Positions 13,737 to 26,530 of a stretch of 64,000 nucleotides of DNA are shown here, piece by piece. The stretch covers positions 61,668,788 to 61,732,787 of the forward strand of contig CM120640.1 in assembly GCA_051362555.1 (NCBI GenBank), in the 5' to 3' direction. Position 1 is the stretch's first letter. Every line of letters begins with the position of its first letter. Origin of the DNA: Lingula anatina. Lineage: Eukaryota > Animalia > Brachiopoda. The notes under the pieces were generated by a model that was given only the letters and a program-made list of their open reading frames with translations, was not told where the DNA came from and ran no database searches. A program made the translations under genes and the position numbers.

Positions 13737-14155
13737 CAGAATGAAAGCAGAAAATACCCATTCAAATATCACGAAACAACACCCTTTGGTATTTCTTTCA
13801 GTTATGATATTTGAATGTATATGGTGGAATTTGGTCAGGGTTTATGGCAAAAATTTGACTTTATATACATCTTTAAAAACATAAATTTCATCCACTGATC
13901 CTTTTCACAGAGAGTCGCCTTTTATTGAGAAATTATGAACAATAGTAGAATTGCAATATCAGTTTGTCAATTTTGTCAAAGTACTTAAGTAAAAAGAGCT
14001 GACCAATTTAATAATTTTGACATTTATTCTTAATTTGCAGAAAAATTCTTTTGGACCCTCCTCAAGAGGACCCCAATTACAACCCACTGCCTGAAGAAAG
14101 ACCTGGTGGATTTAATTGGGGTGAAGGTGCAGAAGGGGGGAACCAGCAGGAATAA
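10599..14155 (+). CDS. DERL2: Derlin-2/3 (ERAD rhomboid pseudoprotease)
   Basis: Exons 10599-10691, 11702-11767, 11970-12137, 12304-12502, 12795-12885 and 14041-14155. Translation includes '[22 protein letters not shown]', '[19 protein letters not shown]', '[28 protein letters not shown]', '[12 protein letters not shown]' and '[18 protein letters not shown]'. Confidence 0.96.
10701..10907. mobile_element. ~200-bp MITE, copy 1 (Derlin intron 1)
   Basis: Inverted ends ATTCCCAGAG..TAGATCGATC / GATCGATCTA..CTATGGGAAT. Homologous to 13311-13510 and about 44498-44705. Confidence 0.75.
12138..12303 (+). other. U12-type GT-AG intron in Derlin
   Basis: 5' splice site GTATCCTTT, branch site TTTTCCTTAA about 10 nt before CAG, no polypyrimidine tract, and an in-frame phase-0 junction. 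Confidence 0.9.
13311..13510. mobile_element. ~200-bp MITE, copy 2 (Derlin intron 5), inverted relative to copy 1
   Basis: Reverse-complement match to 10701-10907 (GGGGAGTCTCACTAGATTACTGTCAG versus CTGACAGTAATCTAGTGAGACTCCCC). Preceded by a 40-bp tandem duplication at 13239-13318. Confidence 0.75.
13682..13734. repeat. (TA)n microsatellite
   Basis: Pure TA run. Confidence 0.95.
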
Positions 14156-15534
14156 GAATTTCCACAGGAGCAAAATCCATCACCACCACCTTGAAAGAGA
14201 TGAATTTTATTGTATTCAGATTGCTAACAGAATTGGTTAGTAATTGCTGGCTCCTGCATGACCCCATGTCAGAGAAATACAATGTTATTGAAATAGGGAA
14301 ATATGAGGTCTTGTGAAAGCAAGTAAACAATGTGTCTATGCCACATTACCAAATATTTATTTGGGTAGGTTGATCTTGCACGACATGAAAATGACAATGG
14401 AAAAAGTGCTGGGTATGTGTTTGTGTGCCTGGTTATCATTGGCTTTAAATGAGAATACAAGTATGTCATTGTGGCATCCTAAAGTATGAATGCATGATAA
14501 CATACAAGTACTTTAAATACTACTGTAACAGCTGTCATTTGCTTTTATTTTAGGGATAATAAAGTGAGTGACAGAGGTATCTTGGTTTCTTTTTTCTATT
14601 TAGATATTTGTGTTTGAGTGAGATATTCTGAAATAAAGTGATCCCAATACAGTAATTTTGAATTTTAATAAGAATATTTACTTATTTGAAAGGTGAAGTT
14701 CATATATTTGCTTGTTAATGCCCAAATATATAATGACCATTATTGTTCTTGTCATTTTTATAATCTTCTGGTTATGGTGGTTAAGAATACACCTGTTTTA
14801 CTATATTTCAATTTTATTAAGCTGTTTTAAGTAGTGCATTTGTAAATACGTTACTGAAAAATATTCAAGTTTTGTTCAGCAAATGTATAGAAAATAAAAT
14901 ATTTTTCTAATATTTTGTTCCAGTTTTATAAAGCGGTGAGATTAAGTGGCATATAGTTTACATAAGGTCCACCTTAGTAGTTAATATAAATGCAAAAAAT
15001 AATATTAGTTATTAAACGTACGTTTAAGACACATCGAACTATTCTGTCAAAATGAAGTCGGTCTTGTAATTGATTGCTCATTCAATGACTAAAATGCCAT
15101 ATACTATAATTGAAATTGTGCCATGGATTATCAAAATTACAAAAGATAGTAAGAAATTTTCAAAGGTAACATTAATAAAAAATGAGGATTAATGCCCAGA
15201 TTACATTTGCCCCGGGTAAAACGTGGGAGTTTGTGCGTGAGGAGCACGTCCATCGTGCGACTTTTGGAGGACGCAAACAGCACGTAGAAACTTTTCGACA
15301 TGATCAACAACCGGTACGTGCGATCTAGCTACTCCTAGCAGGACGCAAGGAACCTGAAAACCGTGCGTCCAAAACGTAGTTGGGACCTTGGCTTAAGGAA
15401 ACGCACTTCAAATTCATGCAAGTGAATTAATTTAAATTTTCAATATCTTTACTATTGTTTTGCCGCCTTCAACAACCAAAGGTGGAAAGGAAAGAGACCA
15501 CCAACAGGTTCAGCCATGAACACGATCACCGCTA

Positions 15535-15576
15535 GTTCACCCAGGGAGTTCCAATAAGTTGGAACTCTGGTTCACC
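15535..15576. mobile_element. Ultra-short (28 bp) hairpin insertion with 7-bp direct repeats
   Basis: GTTCACC|CAGGGAGTTCCAATAAGTTGGAACTCTG|GTTCACC. Confidence 0.6.
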
Positions 15577-15974
15577 TAACAATGCCTGTACGGGAACTGC
15601 GCGATGTCATCTTCGATAATGCTACGGCCTTTCGATTTTAAACTTTTGTCAAAAGTTTGAGCTTGAAAAAACCGTAGTGCCTAGGGAGGCCGTGAATCCG
15701 TACGATTTCGTACGACCGACCGGGCCATCGCATAACGAACGTAACGGAGGCTAAATTATAACGCATTAGAATATTCATGATAATCTATGTAGCAGTGCAG
15801 TAAAAACTGAACTGAATATACCCCTATGTCTTTAAAATTAAGCAAACAACTTTTTTTTATTTAATTGTTGCTTGTTTTCTGAACAAACGAGCGTCAATTA
15901 AATCTATATCAAATCCGACATAAGTCAAATAGAGAGTTATTAAATTACATTTACACGTTACCAGCTGAATTTAA

Positions 15975-17377
15975 CTAGCTAGTTTCGTTAAACAATTTGT
16001 CCAAAGTGTAACCAAACAAATCTGCATCAAGTTCGTATTTAGCCCACAAGTTTTGTCTTTCGTGTTTGGTCAGGGTTTGTACATATTTAGTCACGAGCGT
16101 CGAGGTCTTGACTGCAGAGCTGGGATTGCTGTACGGAAAACTGAATTCGTGGTCTGCCTGAAGAAGTTTCAGAACGTTACCAGCATCTTCGTTAAAAGTC
16201 TCAAACTTGCCAATAACATCGTACTGTACTTGACACGGCAAGCAAGTTTTTTCGTACTGTCGAAAATGATTATCTAAGTCATCATCAGTCTCGATGATAT
16301 ACTGCGCCAACGCACCAAATGATGGTATTCGAGTCCCGTTTTTGTCCACTGTTATGTATTTCTCTTTATACTTTTTTAACAGAAATTTACCCAGGTGGCG
16401 GTAGCCGTCATTTGGATCCTCTAGCTTGTCCCTATAGCCAGAGACAATCCTTTCAAAAGGGTGCCGAACAAACATCACTTTAAGATAATGTTTCAAGCGG
16501 TACGCTATGCCGTACTCTGAAAATTTTTCAAGTTTGATCAAATCGGGATACAGTTGGCCATACAAGACATGTGGATCCATAACCTCTCTGCGATCCCATT
16601 GGTGAGTGAGCACAACGATCGACTTGTGCCAACTTGTACTTCCAACTTTAGGGATAACGCACAGGATCAGACCATGGATATCATCCACATAGAAGAAATT
16701 CCTAGGGTTTAAGATCAGTTTTTGTGATTTTGTCGTCAACCCCCATTTGTCGCAGGTCTTTGCAACCCTGCGTTTGCGATAGTCGTTCTCAGCTTTCCAT
16801 GAAAAATCAACTCCATTCCACTTAAATTGAAGATGATAATCCTGAGAACGAAATGATAATACAGGATCAGAAGTGATATTCTGAATAAAAATGTTAACGG
16901 TATCAGATATGATAAACTGTTATCTTGATTGTACATCATTCATGTACTTAAATAAAAACAATTAACGGACCTTTACGGGCATAATATGTAAGATGTGCGT
17001 AGTAGACATAATTGTGAAAAGCAAACCAAATAACATTTTGATTATTTCCTAATGAAGAAAATTAGAAAACGTCATTCATGTACTTAAATAAATAATAATT
17101 AAAAAAAAAAACATTTAACGGACCCTTACAGCCATAATATGTAAGAAGATGTGCGTAGTAGACATATTTGTGAAAAACAAACCAAATAACATTTTGATAA
17201 TTTCCTAATGAAGAAAATTAGACCTACCTTATTCTCGCTAGAGTGAAGGTCGCTATGAATTCTCGGAATATTGGGATGCATACCAGCTATCGCAGCAAGA
17301 AGAACGATTGACGTCAATATGACAAAGACTCCCAGTATCACTTGAAAGGGGCGAATTTTAACTTTCTGTGCGATCAT
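15975..17377 (-). CDS. Carbohydrate sulfotransferase (Sulfotransfer_2; CHST8-14/HNK-1ST family), two exons
   Basis: Exon 1 (17377-17228) encodes a type II membrane anchor and ends ENK|GTAGGT. Exon 2 (16880-15975) follows TTTTATTCAG in phase 0. Motifs: 5'-PSB 'CVIPKVGSTSW', 3'-PB 'FVRHPFERIVSGY', 'C.PC...YDVIGKFET' and 'YELDADLFGY'. Confidence 0.9.
16936..17222. repeat. Diverged ~135-150-bp tandem duplication filling the CHST intron
   Basis: TCATTCATGTACTTAAATAAA...GATGTGCGTAGTAGACATA...CCTAATGAAGAAAATTAGA occurs twice, at about 16936-17066 and 17073-17222. Confidence 0.85.
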
Positions 17378-18370
17378 TTTGTCACCAAGAAAGATTTTTC
17401 AATTATTTAAGAGTTGCAGAAACTTTATATCTACTTACTGGTACAACCAACCCACTACTACATCAAGGCTGTATACTGTAAGCTCACGTGCTTCCTAGGC
17501 GGACACTCGCCAATGGATTTTATTGAAGCAATGGGGAACATTTGTTGTATATAGTCACTATACAAATAGTAACAGTGTATAACCAGCTTTCTCATTGATT
17601 AGCCCCAAGAGGACAGGTTATTAGATTTGTGTATGCAGTTCCACTAATAAGAATGAACAGGTGTAATTATATATGGAGAACAAGTTAAATATCAGGCTAA
17701 GAAGAAATGCTCCATTTCGCAGTTCAAAATCAAGTCAAAAATTCTCAATTAGTGTGATATCTGCTCCTTCATTTTTTAAAACATATATAAAATTGGCAAT
17801 AAATAAAAGAATTCAGTCTACTCCTCTTTTGTTCCAGAAGACTTGCCTCTTACTAAGGGACCATAAAAAATCTATTTTCTAAAAATCTAAAAATCTATTT
17901 GCGGTAACTTGTGATCACGGTCTGTGCCCTGAATACCCCGCGGCGTAATTACTGGCAGCGCGAGAGAGTTACTTTCAAAGCTGTAATTAATTCTCGGCTG
18001 CGCTCGGAGGAGATTCTCATACCTTTAGGCTATATTTAGTGATTGGCGGAATAAGCTAGCCCTTCCTTTTTGATCGTGTCATTGTTCTAAAGGCCTATCG
18101 GATAATTTTTAAAAAATCCAATAAACAGAAGCTAATGTGTTCGTAGCCAGTTAAGCACAAATTAAAAATTAAAGGCCTTGGCCTTCTTTGCTGACTCTGA
18201 AAAACCAGTGAAAATCCCAATCATCGCTTTCTAGATTTTATTGGAAAGATGACAGATTTTTTTCAATTAAAATTTGATAAATTGAGCGATTTATTTTATA
18301 AAAAATGAAGAAAAAGTGATTGGATATGATAGAGACACGTTGGTGACAAAAGAAACATTAGACACAATCA

Positions 18371-18413
18371 GTTGAACCAAGGAGTTACAACTGTTGTAAC
18401 TCCTTGGTTGAAC
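18371..18413. mobile_element. Ultra-short (29 bp) perfect hairpin insertion with 7-bp direct repeats
   Basis: GTTGAAC|CAAGGAGTTACAAC-T-GTTGTAACTCCTTG|GTTGAAC, about 150 bp upstream of the DDX10 ATG. Confidence 0.7.
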
Positions 18414-18557
18414 AATAACCTATGAAACTGAGCACGCCCGAGCGTGAAACTGAGGGAGTTGCATGAGCACAGAACGTGCCACAGGAAAGAGCCCTCTTTT
18501 GTGTTTGGAGGCAAATTTCTCTCCACGTGGTAGGGAGCTTGCAACGAGCAAGGCGCT

Positions 18558-18839
18558 ATGGATAAGAAAAAAATTCAATCGAAGAAGCAACGGCCCAATA
18601 ATGGTAGGAAAAGAAAATTTGACCATAAGTCAAAGTTCAAAAGAATGGAAAAGACGTGGAAATTAGAACTAGAAGAAATGAAGCACTTGAAAGAAAAATA
18701 TCCAGAGGTAAATATAGTGCACTTTTTTGCAAGTCTTAATTTATCTCCCTCTCAGTTTCATACCTGACTACATATCGTCTCTATCAGCGAAACACCTCTC
18801 TAATATCGACCCTAAAGGGCATTTACAGTGAAATTTAGC

Positions 18840-18902
<63 letters not shown>

Positions 18903-21900
18903 AGAGAGAACTGTTGATCTAATACAGTTACCTTTTTATACAAGATCAACCCATCGGCTGTTGAGAAGTTAACAGACTTTCCATTATCAAGAAGAACCCT
19001 TGAAGGTATGTGGTTTTTCTAACACAGGGCTATAGTGATTTTCCCATTGAGTTTAATGTTGAGAAGTTATAATGGTGTCACGTTCAACAGCGAACTAACA
19101 GATCCACGGATCAGATATGGCGGACCCATCTGAAAGTTTGTCACTGAATCCTCTAATAGACACTGAATAGATTCACCAGGGGATTATGCAGAAATCTTTC
19201 AAGTGGGTCATCCATATTTGATCTGTAGATCTGTTTGTCTGTCTATCATTTTGGTTGTGAATCTGGCAATAGGCCCTAGAATGAAATTTCTTTCACTGTG
19301 TGGGCTGAAAAGATTCCATGTAAAAAAGGTCCAATGTGGTAATACTTTTTTTGTAGAAATTTCATCAATGAAATGCATATATATAAATACATGTTATGCA
19401 ATTTCCAAAATATGATGTTTCGTTTAAGGTCTAGCACAAACTGAGTATCAAACTCCAACTGAAATCCAAAGGGAATCTATAGGCTTAGCATTACAAGGAC
19501 ATGATATTTTGGGAGCAGCCAAAACGGGGTCAGGAAAGACATTAGCATTTCTCATACCAGTAAGTAAAAGACATATTTATATAACAGTTAGAAGGGTTGG
19601 AAAAAGAGTCAGTGTTTGCAGAGCAATTATAAATATTTATTAGGGCATGTTGATATATTGGTAGCTAATATTGTTGATGGTTTCCTTTTTCATACTAGCA
19701 TACAAAAAATGTTCAGACTTGATATTTACTTGAGAAAAGATACATATTTTTAAAGTTATACAATGTTTTGCTTTTGCATTTCTTAATGTCTTTTTAATTT
19801 ATTTTGTTATAAGATTTATAGTATCCATTTTTCTGAATATATATACAGTACATGTAAATATGTCTCAGGTACTAGAATGTCTTTATCATCAACGCTGGAG
19901 TCAACTTGACGGTCTAGGTGCACTGATTATCACTCCAACCAGAGAGTTAGCGTATCAGATATTTCAAGTCTTGCAGAAGATTGGTTTCAAGCATGACTTT
20001 TCTGCTGGTTTGGTCATAGGGGGCAAGGTGAGGATAATGCTTATAGTGCTCATGTTTCTACACATATACAGTACTGAAAGTTTCAATGCACTGTGCAACT
20101 TCTTATCATCATTGAAATGTTGGTTTTAAGTATGTAAGGGTGTATTGTCATTGATAAGTCATTTTCAAATGAATAACCTTTGAACCTTTTTCATATGAAT
20201 GCTTAAAATTTGCTTTTAAGTTTATAAGAGATGAGACGAAGAGAATTAATAACACCAACATAGTGATCTGCACTCCGGGAAGGTTACTGCAACATATGGA
20301 TGAAACATTTAACTTCAGTGCAGATAATCTTCAAATACTGGGTAAGTACAGGCTTGCTCAAGGTCAGTGTCATCATTTTGAATGTGACTGAGATCTTTTG
20401 CTGAAAATAATTGTCATGTCATAGGGAAAATGATGCAGATCTTTTTTTCTTGTGGCTCATAATATAATATGTGATATGATGTTAACTTTTGAGCAAATCG
20501 TGAGGAGATCATTTTTCCTTAAAAATGTATTACATTGTTATCTGTTTCAGTGCTAGATGAAGCAGACAGGATTTTGGATCTTGGTTTTCAGGATACCATG
20601 AATGCCATCATTTCTAATCTCCCAGAAAACAGACAAACACTTTTGTTCTCTGCAACTCAAACCAAGTGAGTTTCAGCAAAAAAGTGATGACCTTGTATGT
20701 GTAGCAAAGATAACAAAAATTAAGTAGATGCACTAAGATTTCTATATTCTTATTTATGTAACTTAAAGTAATTTATTCAAAAATTGACAAGGAAAATAGG
20801 AAATGTGTAGGTGAGGTTGGTGTCAGTAAATTTTTTCTTTGCTCAAATTTTAGGTCAGTGAAGGACTTGGCTCGACTGAGTCTGAAGGATCCTATGTATG
20901 TGTCAGTACATGAGAATGCAGCACACAGTACACCAACACAGCTAGCACAGAGTTACCTTGTTTGTGAACTTCACCAGAAATTGGACTTGCTATGGTCATT
21001 TATAAAGAATCATTTAAAATCAAAGATCATGGTGTTCCTCTCCAGCTGCAAACAGGTGAGCATTTGAGGGTAACAGTAAGTAACATCCAGCCATGCTTTA
21101 CTATTTGGGCATGTCTTGTTAGCAAAAAGCTGTAATACTGATAACATATTTTTACACCGAATCCAGGAAATCAAGGACTAAGCTGTTAGCATATGGGAGT
21201 TTTCAATGAGATATTTATTTTGCAAAGAATGAAAAATGAAAAATATGGTTTGTACTTGTTGAAGATTTCTTTATTTTCTGTAATGGACTTTTAACTCCCT
21301 AAAAAACAAAAATTATAATTTAGTTTTATAATATATTTTACCAGGTAAAGTATGTTTATGAAGCCTTCAGAAAGCTGCGACCAGGTAATAGTGTTATAGC
21401 TCTCCATGGAGGGATGAACCAGTTGAAGAGAGTGGATGCCTACAACATGTTCTGTAGAAAACAGCATGCAGTGTTACTGGCCACAGATATTGCTGCAAGA
21501 GGTCTTGGTAAGTTTGTTGGCTTTTATACCATTTTTTTTTTGCCATTGTTTAGAGAAATATCATAAATATTTTAGTTATGGTTTGTTTGCAGTAGAGTTA
21601 GTGGGATGCTTTATTGCTTTGGCCTGAAAATATAAAGTCTAAGACATTTGTTAATGCTATTTTCAGATTTATGATATTTGACCTCTCTGTGTATTAAGTA
21701 TTCTCTGCTAATATACCCATTATATTATTATTTAATAGATTTCCCTGCAGTCCACTGGGTTGTCCAGTTAGACTGTCCAGAAGATGCAAACACATATATC
21801 CATAGAGTGGGAAGAACTGCAAGGTATAATGGAAAACATTGACAATTAATTCACATGATACTGTGACCAAATATATATTTTTGATAGTTATGTAAACATG

Positions 21901-24900
21901 CTTCCATGAATACATGACTTAAATGAAATATTTCACTAGTGGATTTGTTATTTAAAAATAAAAGGGAAATAATCACTAATAATTATTGTGTCTTTGAAAT
22001 AGATATGAAACTGGTGGTGAGGCATTGTTGATATTGCTGCCATCTGAGGAAGCTGCCATGATACAGCTGCTGGAGGAAAAGAAAATACCTATTCAAAATA
22101 TCAAGTAAGGGCACACATTGGTGTATTGGGGACATTCTGTAAAGAGGTGGACTTGTTCATGCACAGAAATGTTTCTTAATGTATGCAGAAGTATTATATT
22201 TTTATGAACATAAATTTTTTTAGTTTGATTATGCTTTTATATATATATATTGCAAAGGGGGTGACCATGGGATATGTTTTTTTTCATCTTTTGGTTTAAA
22301 AATAAGTCTTGTTCCAATATATACAATCACACACTGCTCATTTTGACAGAGTTAATCCCAAAAGATGGCAGAGCATCAAGGGCAAGCTTGAGTCTTGTTG
22401 TGCAGCAGATGTTCACTTCAAAGAGATGGCTCAAAGGGTAAATTTTTAAGTGGAATCAAATAAGTTATAGTTTTAAATTGCTATTTATTCTTATTTACAC
22501 ATAATTTGTTTTTTAATTTTGTGATATGTAATAACATAGTGTTTGATAACATTTAACATTTAAATATCAAGATGTAGTTGTTTGAACTTATGATTTTTAT
22601 AGTGTATAAGATATATTTTAAGGAAAACATTTCATTTATCTTTGCATTTTTATTCTTTATAGGCATTTGTAGCTTATTTGAAGGCAGTGTTCCTCATGAG
22701 TGACAAAAAAGTGTTTAAAGTTCATGCCTTGGACACAGAACAGTTTGCAAGGTATGAACAAAATAATTATGGCTGGAGAAAATGTGTAAAATACAGTTGA
22801 GAGAATTAAAGTCAGGTGTTTTCCTGTGTTCTATCAGTGAAGTATTATTTTGCTCAAAATTTTTATACTTTAATTTGTTCAGTAGCTTAATTTTAATGGC
22901 TGTGTTTGCTTGTTTAAGTTCATTAGGTCTGGCCTTCCCACCAAGAGTACGGTTTCTGCAGAAGGACAAGAAAAGACTTGAAGCAAAACAAGTAGCAAAA
23001 GATGCATCATTAATGCAGAATGTTGACAGTGAATCAAAATCCAACAGTAATGAGAGTGATTTTTCTGAAAGAAATAAACTGTTACAAATTGACCAATTTG
23101 AGAACAGTCAAAACAATGAAGACAGTGATAGGGAGTCAGGAAGTGACAACGAAAGTGATAATGAAAGTGATAATGAAAGTGATGATGATGGAAGTGAAAC
23201 ATGCCCAAGCAACCAAAAAGATATTGAGAAAGATAATTCCCCAAATCAAGTAACTAAAAGTGAAAAACATTTAGAGAAAAAAAGGAACCCTACAGGAAGT
23301 ACGGAGGCAGCAAAAGAAGTTCTTCAGTTCCAAGTGGAAGATGATGATGATGATGGCGATTCTCTTTTTCAAGTGAAGAAAAGAATTGACCCTGTAATTT
23401 CTGATGAGGTAATTTTTGAATTTAGTTAATTTATGAAAATGAGGTATGTGCCCACTCTGATCCTTGATATAGTTTGTTTCTAATGGGGTGAAAAGTTTCC
23501 ATTGTTTAATTACCGATATATTTTACAGGACGAGAAGGAATGTGCGGTAACTTTGGAGAAAGCAAAGAAGGCTAAAGCAGTCACAAAAGCAGCAGTTGCA
23601 AGGAAGATTCACAAGAAAAATCTAAAAGTGAACACAAAAATACTGTTTAATGAGGAAGGAGAGGTGGGATATCTAAATGTCTTTGTATTCTTTCACAAAC
23701 ATTTGCATGGTGGATCCATTTTTGTGAAAAAGCTGGTCACTGTCTACATTTGCTGCATGTTGTATTTCAAAATATTATGACTTATTCAATTTAAGTATTT
23801 AGTTTTTTTTACAATACACTGGTCAAAAGCATGTGTGAATTTGATTCTGCCTTTGATACCATCAAGGAGCGGCTGACAGGAGTTCTAGCTTTGTCATGGA
23901 ATTTTTTATTCAGTACTGATTTTTTCATTATTCTCTGTTTTAGTGTTACTGTGTCATTAATATAATGTAGAATGTGGATGCTGTCTCTTCAGGTTATTCA
24001 AGATCCCTTGCGTACACGTCAAACGGTTCTCCCTGAGGAAGAGGCATGTGATGGGGGTATTAACATTGATGTTGCTAAGAAGGTCATGCAACAAGAGGAC
24101 AAGGTGGACAAGCAAATGTTTAGGGAGAGAATCAAGAAACAGCATAAGGTAAAGTATTATTTCTTAAATATCATTTTAAAAGCAAACTCATAATAATAGT
24201 TTACTGTTTTTATTGGTAGTTGATGGATTTAAATAACAAAGTTTGTTCCTCATGAGACTATTTTCAGCCTATGCACCTACAAGGCATGTGTTATCAAAAT
24301 AAACATTAGAAGAGTTACAAAACACAGTCAGATAAAAGTGCACCTTACTTTGATTTCTTTGTTGCTCCCATTTAAAACATTCAAGACTTTTCCCAGTCAT
24401 CATTTTGACAGTCGGTTTCCTCAGAAGACGACTGTTATTTTCTTTGATGACTTGACAGCTTACAGATTTTATTTATTTGTGATGGTTTGATTTGTTGGGA
24501 CAGTGGATAGTCTAAAAAACTTAACATTATTTGATATGGCACAGTTGTGTTTAAGTACATTAATGAAAATATCATTTCGAAGATGGAATATCATAATAAA
24601 GGTAAAACATATTGTTGCCATGAATCTGTGGTATTTCTGCTGATATGACTTATCACTCCTGCCAGTCAGTTAAAAGTTATATGCAACTATTAATGGGGAG
24701 AGGAATGGGATAACATTCCAGAAAGTCTACATTTAAAGCCTCTCTTACAACCCATCGTGCGTGCTTAGGGATCGAGGAACTTGAAACTGCTCAGCTGCCA
24801 CTTCTTCCAGGTGGTCAGAACCTCTTGCCCTGAGCCAGACTTTTTCTTGTGGGGGTTCATCATCTTGCCAACTTGGGTGCGCTGATTCTTGAACCAACCT

Positions 24901-26530
24901 GAAACATTACAAGAAAACACCACTAAATAAAGGTCTTGGAATTACACAGTAATAGTATAATGATGTTGCTACTGTAACATGGCTGAAACTATTTTTTATA
25001 CTTACTCTTCCAAATACATAATATTTTAGTATAAATGTTGTGGAATATCTACACATTTAATGGCCAAAAATGTCACTCACCATGACTGTTCAGTTGAGCA
25101 GCCATTTGGTCCAGAACCTTCCTCTTGTACTGGGTGTTGCTATATTTGGGTTTCCCTTGTTGTAGAACTCGTTGTGTTGTTAAAAAAACTCAACGAGTCT
25201 AGCCTCCTCCTCACTTCAATCGTGATGGGTTCTGCTTCCCTGTGGCACTTGTGGTGCTTTCCACATCTGCCTCCACACCTGAACCTTCTTCTTCTTCTCC
25301 TCCTTCAAGCCTTTCTCCTTCGGGCAGTTTTCGGGCTGCGTGCTTTGCGTCGTGTTTCCGTCACCAAAAAAAGTACGTTCCACGTACATGTATCTTACTG
25401 CTTGGCCAATTTTTTGCATGCAAACTGCTCGTAGAAGCATGCACAACTGGTTGTAAGAGTAGTTTAACTGATGAACCTGGTCACCAGTGTCAATTTCTTG
25501 CACCTCCATAAATTTTTGCAGTTCACTCTTCTTTTGGACTGAGTATATGTCAAATATTGCAGACATCATGGTGCCTTCATCTCTCTTGAACTCCTCCAAC
25601 TCACTGTTTGGGGGCCCCATAACCGCAATCCTTGGAAAAGGCCTGACAGCAGTTCTTATTGAAAGATGATCATTTTCTTTTATAATTTTGTATTCTATTG
25701 CAGGAAGAAAGGATGAAGTCCAAAGCAGCAAGGAGGGCAGAAGATGCAAGAAGAAAAGGTTTAGAGGTAGCTTAACTTTTATTATGTTTTTGTAAAATTT
25801 GTTGACGAGTATCAAATAATACAAATTGATCATTTAAGTGCAAAATAAATGTAGACACTACAAAAATCTTTCCGAAATTAACTTGATTCAGTACACTTGC
25901 AAATTATGTTTGGAGAATGAAAATGGTAATAAGATACTTGGAAAAAATAAATAACAAAAGTTGTTTAATAAACATATACTCTTTAAATAATTTCTTTGCA
26001 AACCTGAAGGTAGAAGATGAAGAACCAGTTGCTCATTTACCAAGTGGAGATGAAGATGCTGCCATTGATCTTCTACCTGACCCTGATCTTATTTATGGCA
26101 GGAAAGACACTGGTACAAGCTCTGAGGATGGGGAGAACAGTTCTGAAGAGGATGAGTAAGTGTAACAACTGTTTTGTAGATAAAGATAGTAAAAACAATT
26201 TGTAGAATAAAGTAATGGGAAAGTTATTATTATAGATTTACGAAATAAAGAGAAAAATTCTCAGGATTTTACTTAAAGTAGTAATGTTGAACTTGTCTAT
26301 TAATTCAAAACCAAACTTTCAATGTTTTATATTTAGTTTTGTACCATAACTGCTAATTTTTCATCCCCAGACCTATCAATAAGAGAGCAAGAGTTTCAGT
26401 AAGCAATGAAGATAGTGCAGGGAGTGAATCAGAAGATGGAGATGAAGAGGAAGATGAAAGTGAAGATGAAAACGATGGTCTTACATTAGAGGATAATGAA
26501 GAACTGGCATTAAAATTACTGCAGAGCTGA
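18558..26530 (+). CDS. DDX10: DEAD-box RNA helicase DDX10 (Dbp4)
   Basis: About 18 GT-AG exons. Motifs: '[16 protein letters not shown]', '[19 protein letters not shown]', '[12 protein letters not shown]', '[13 protein letters not shown]', '[13 protein letters not shown]', 'LFSATQT', '[36 protein letters not shown]', '[13 protein letters not shown]', an acidic region, and the C-terminus '[14 protein letters not shown]'. Confidence 0.96.
18846..18909. repeat. Compound (TC)n(AC)n(AG)n microsatellite
   Basis: Read directly, in DDX10 intron 1. Confidence 0.95.
19025..19279. mobile_element. Probable MITE in DDX10 intron 2
   Basis: Ends CAGGGCTAT ... ATAGGCCCTAG, with an internal inverted pair AACAGATCCACGGATCAGATATGG / CCATATTTGATCTGTAGATCTGTT. 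Confidence 0.45.
24766..25230 (-). pseudogene. Decayed MADF/Myb-SANT-like DNA-binding protein gene nested antisense in a DDX10 intron
   Basis: Allowing one stop and two frameshifts the minus strand reads '[45 protein letters not shown]', then GTGAGT at about 25080, TTTCAG at about 24899, then '[43 protein letters not shown]'. This follows the MADF pattern. Confidence 0.65.

Noticed and set aside
13672-13884. ORF with a YIYIYI run
   Set aside because: It is the translation of a (TA)n microsatellite in a Derlin intron.
16736-16939. Apparent frameshift between ORFs 16736-16939 and 15975-16739 in the sulfotransferase
   Set aside because: The catalytic frame stays open upstream to a phase-0 acceptor at 16880 that joins exon 1. 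The 67-aa ORF is an off-frame artefact.
22879-23253. His-rich antisense ORF and an alternative-frame ORF
   Set aside because: They are shadows of the acidic, low-complexity DDX10 exon.
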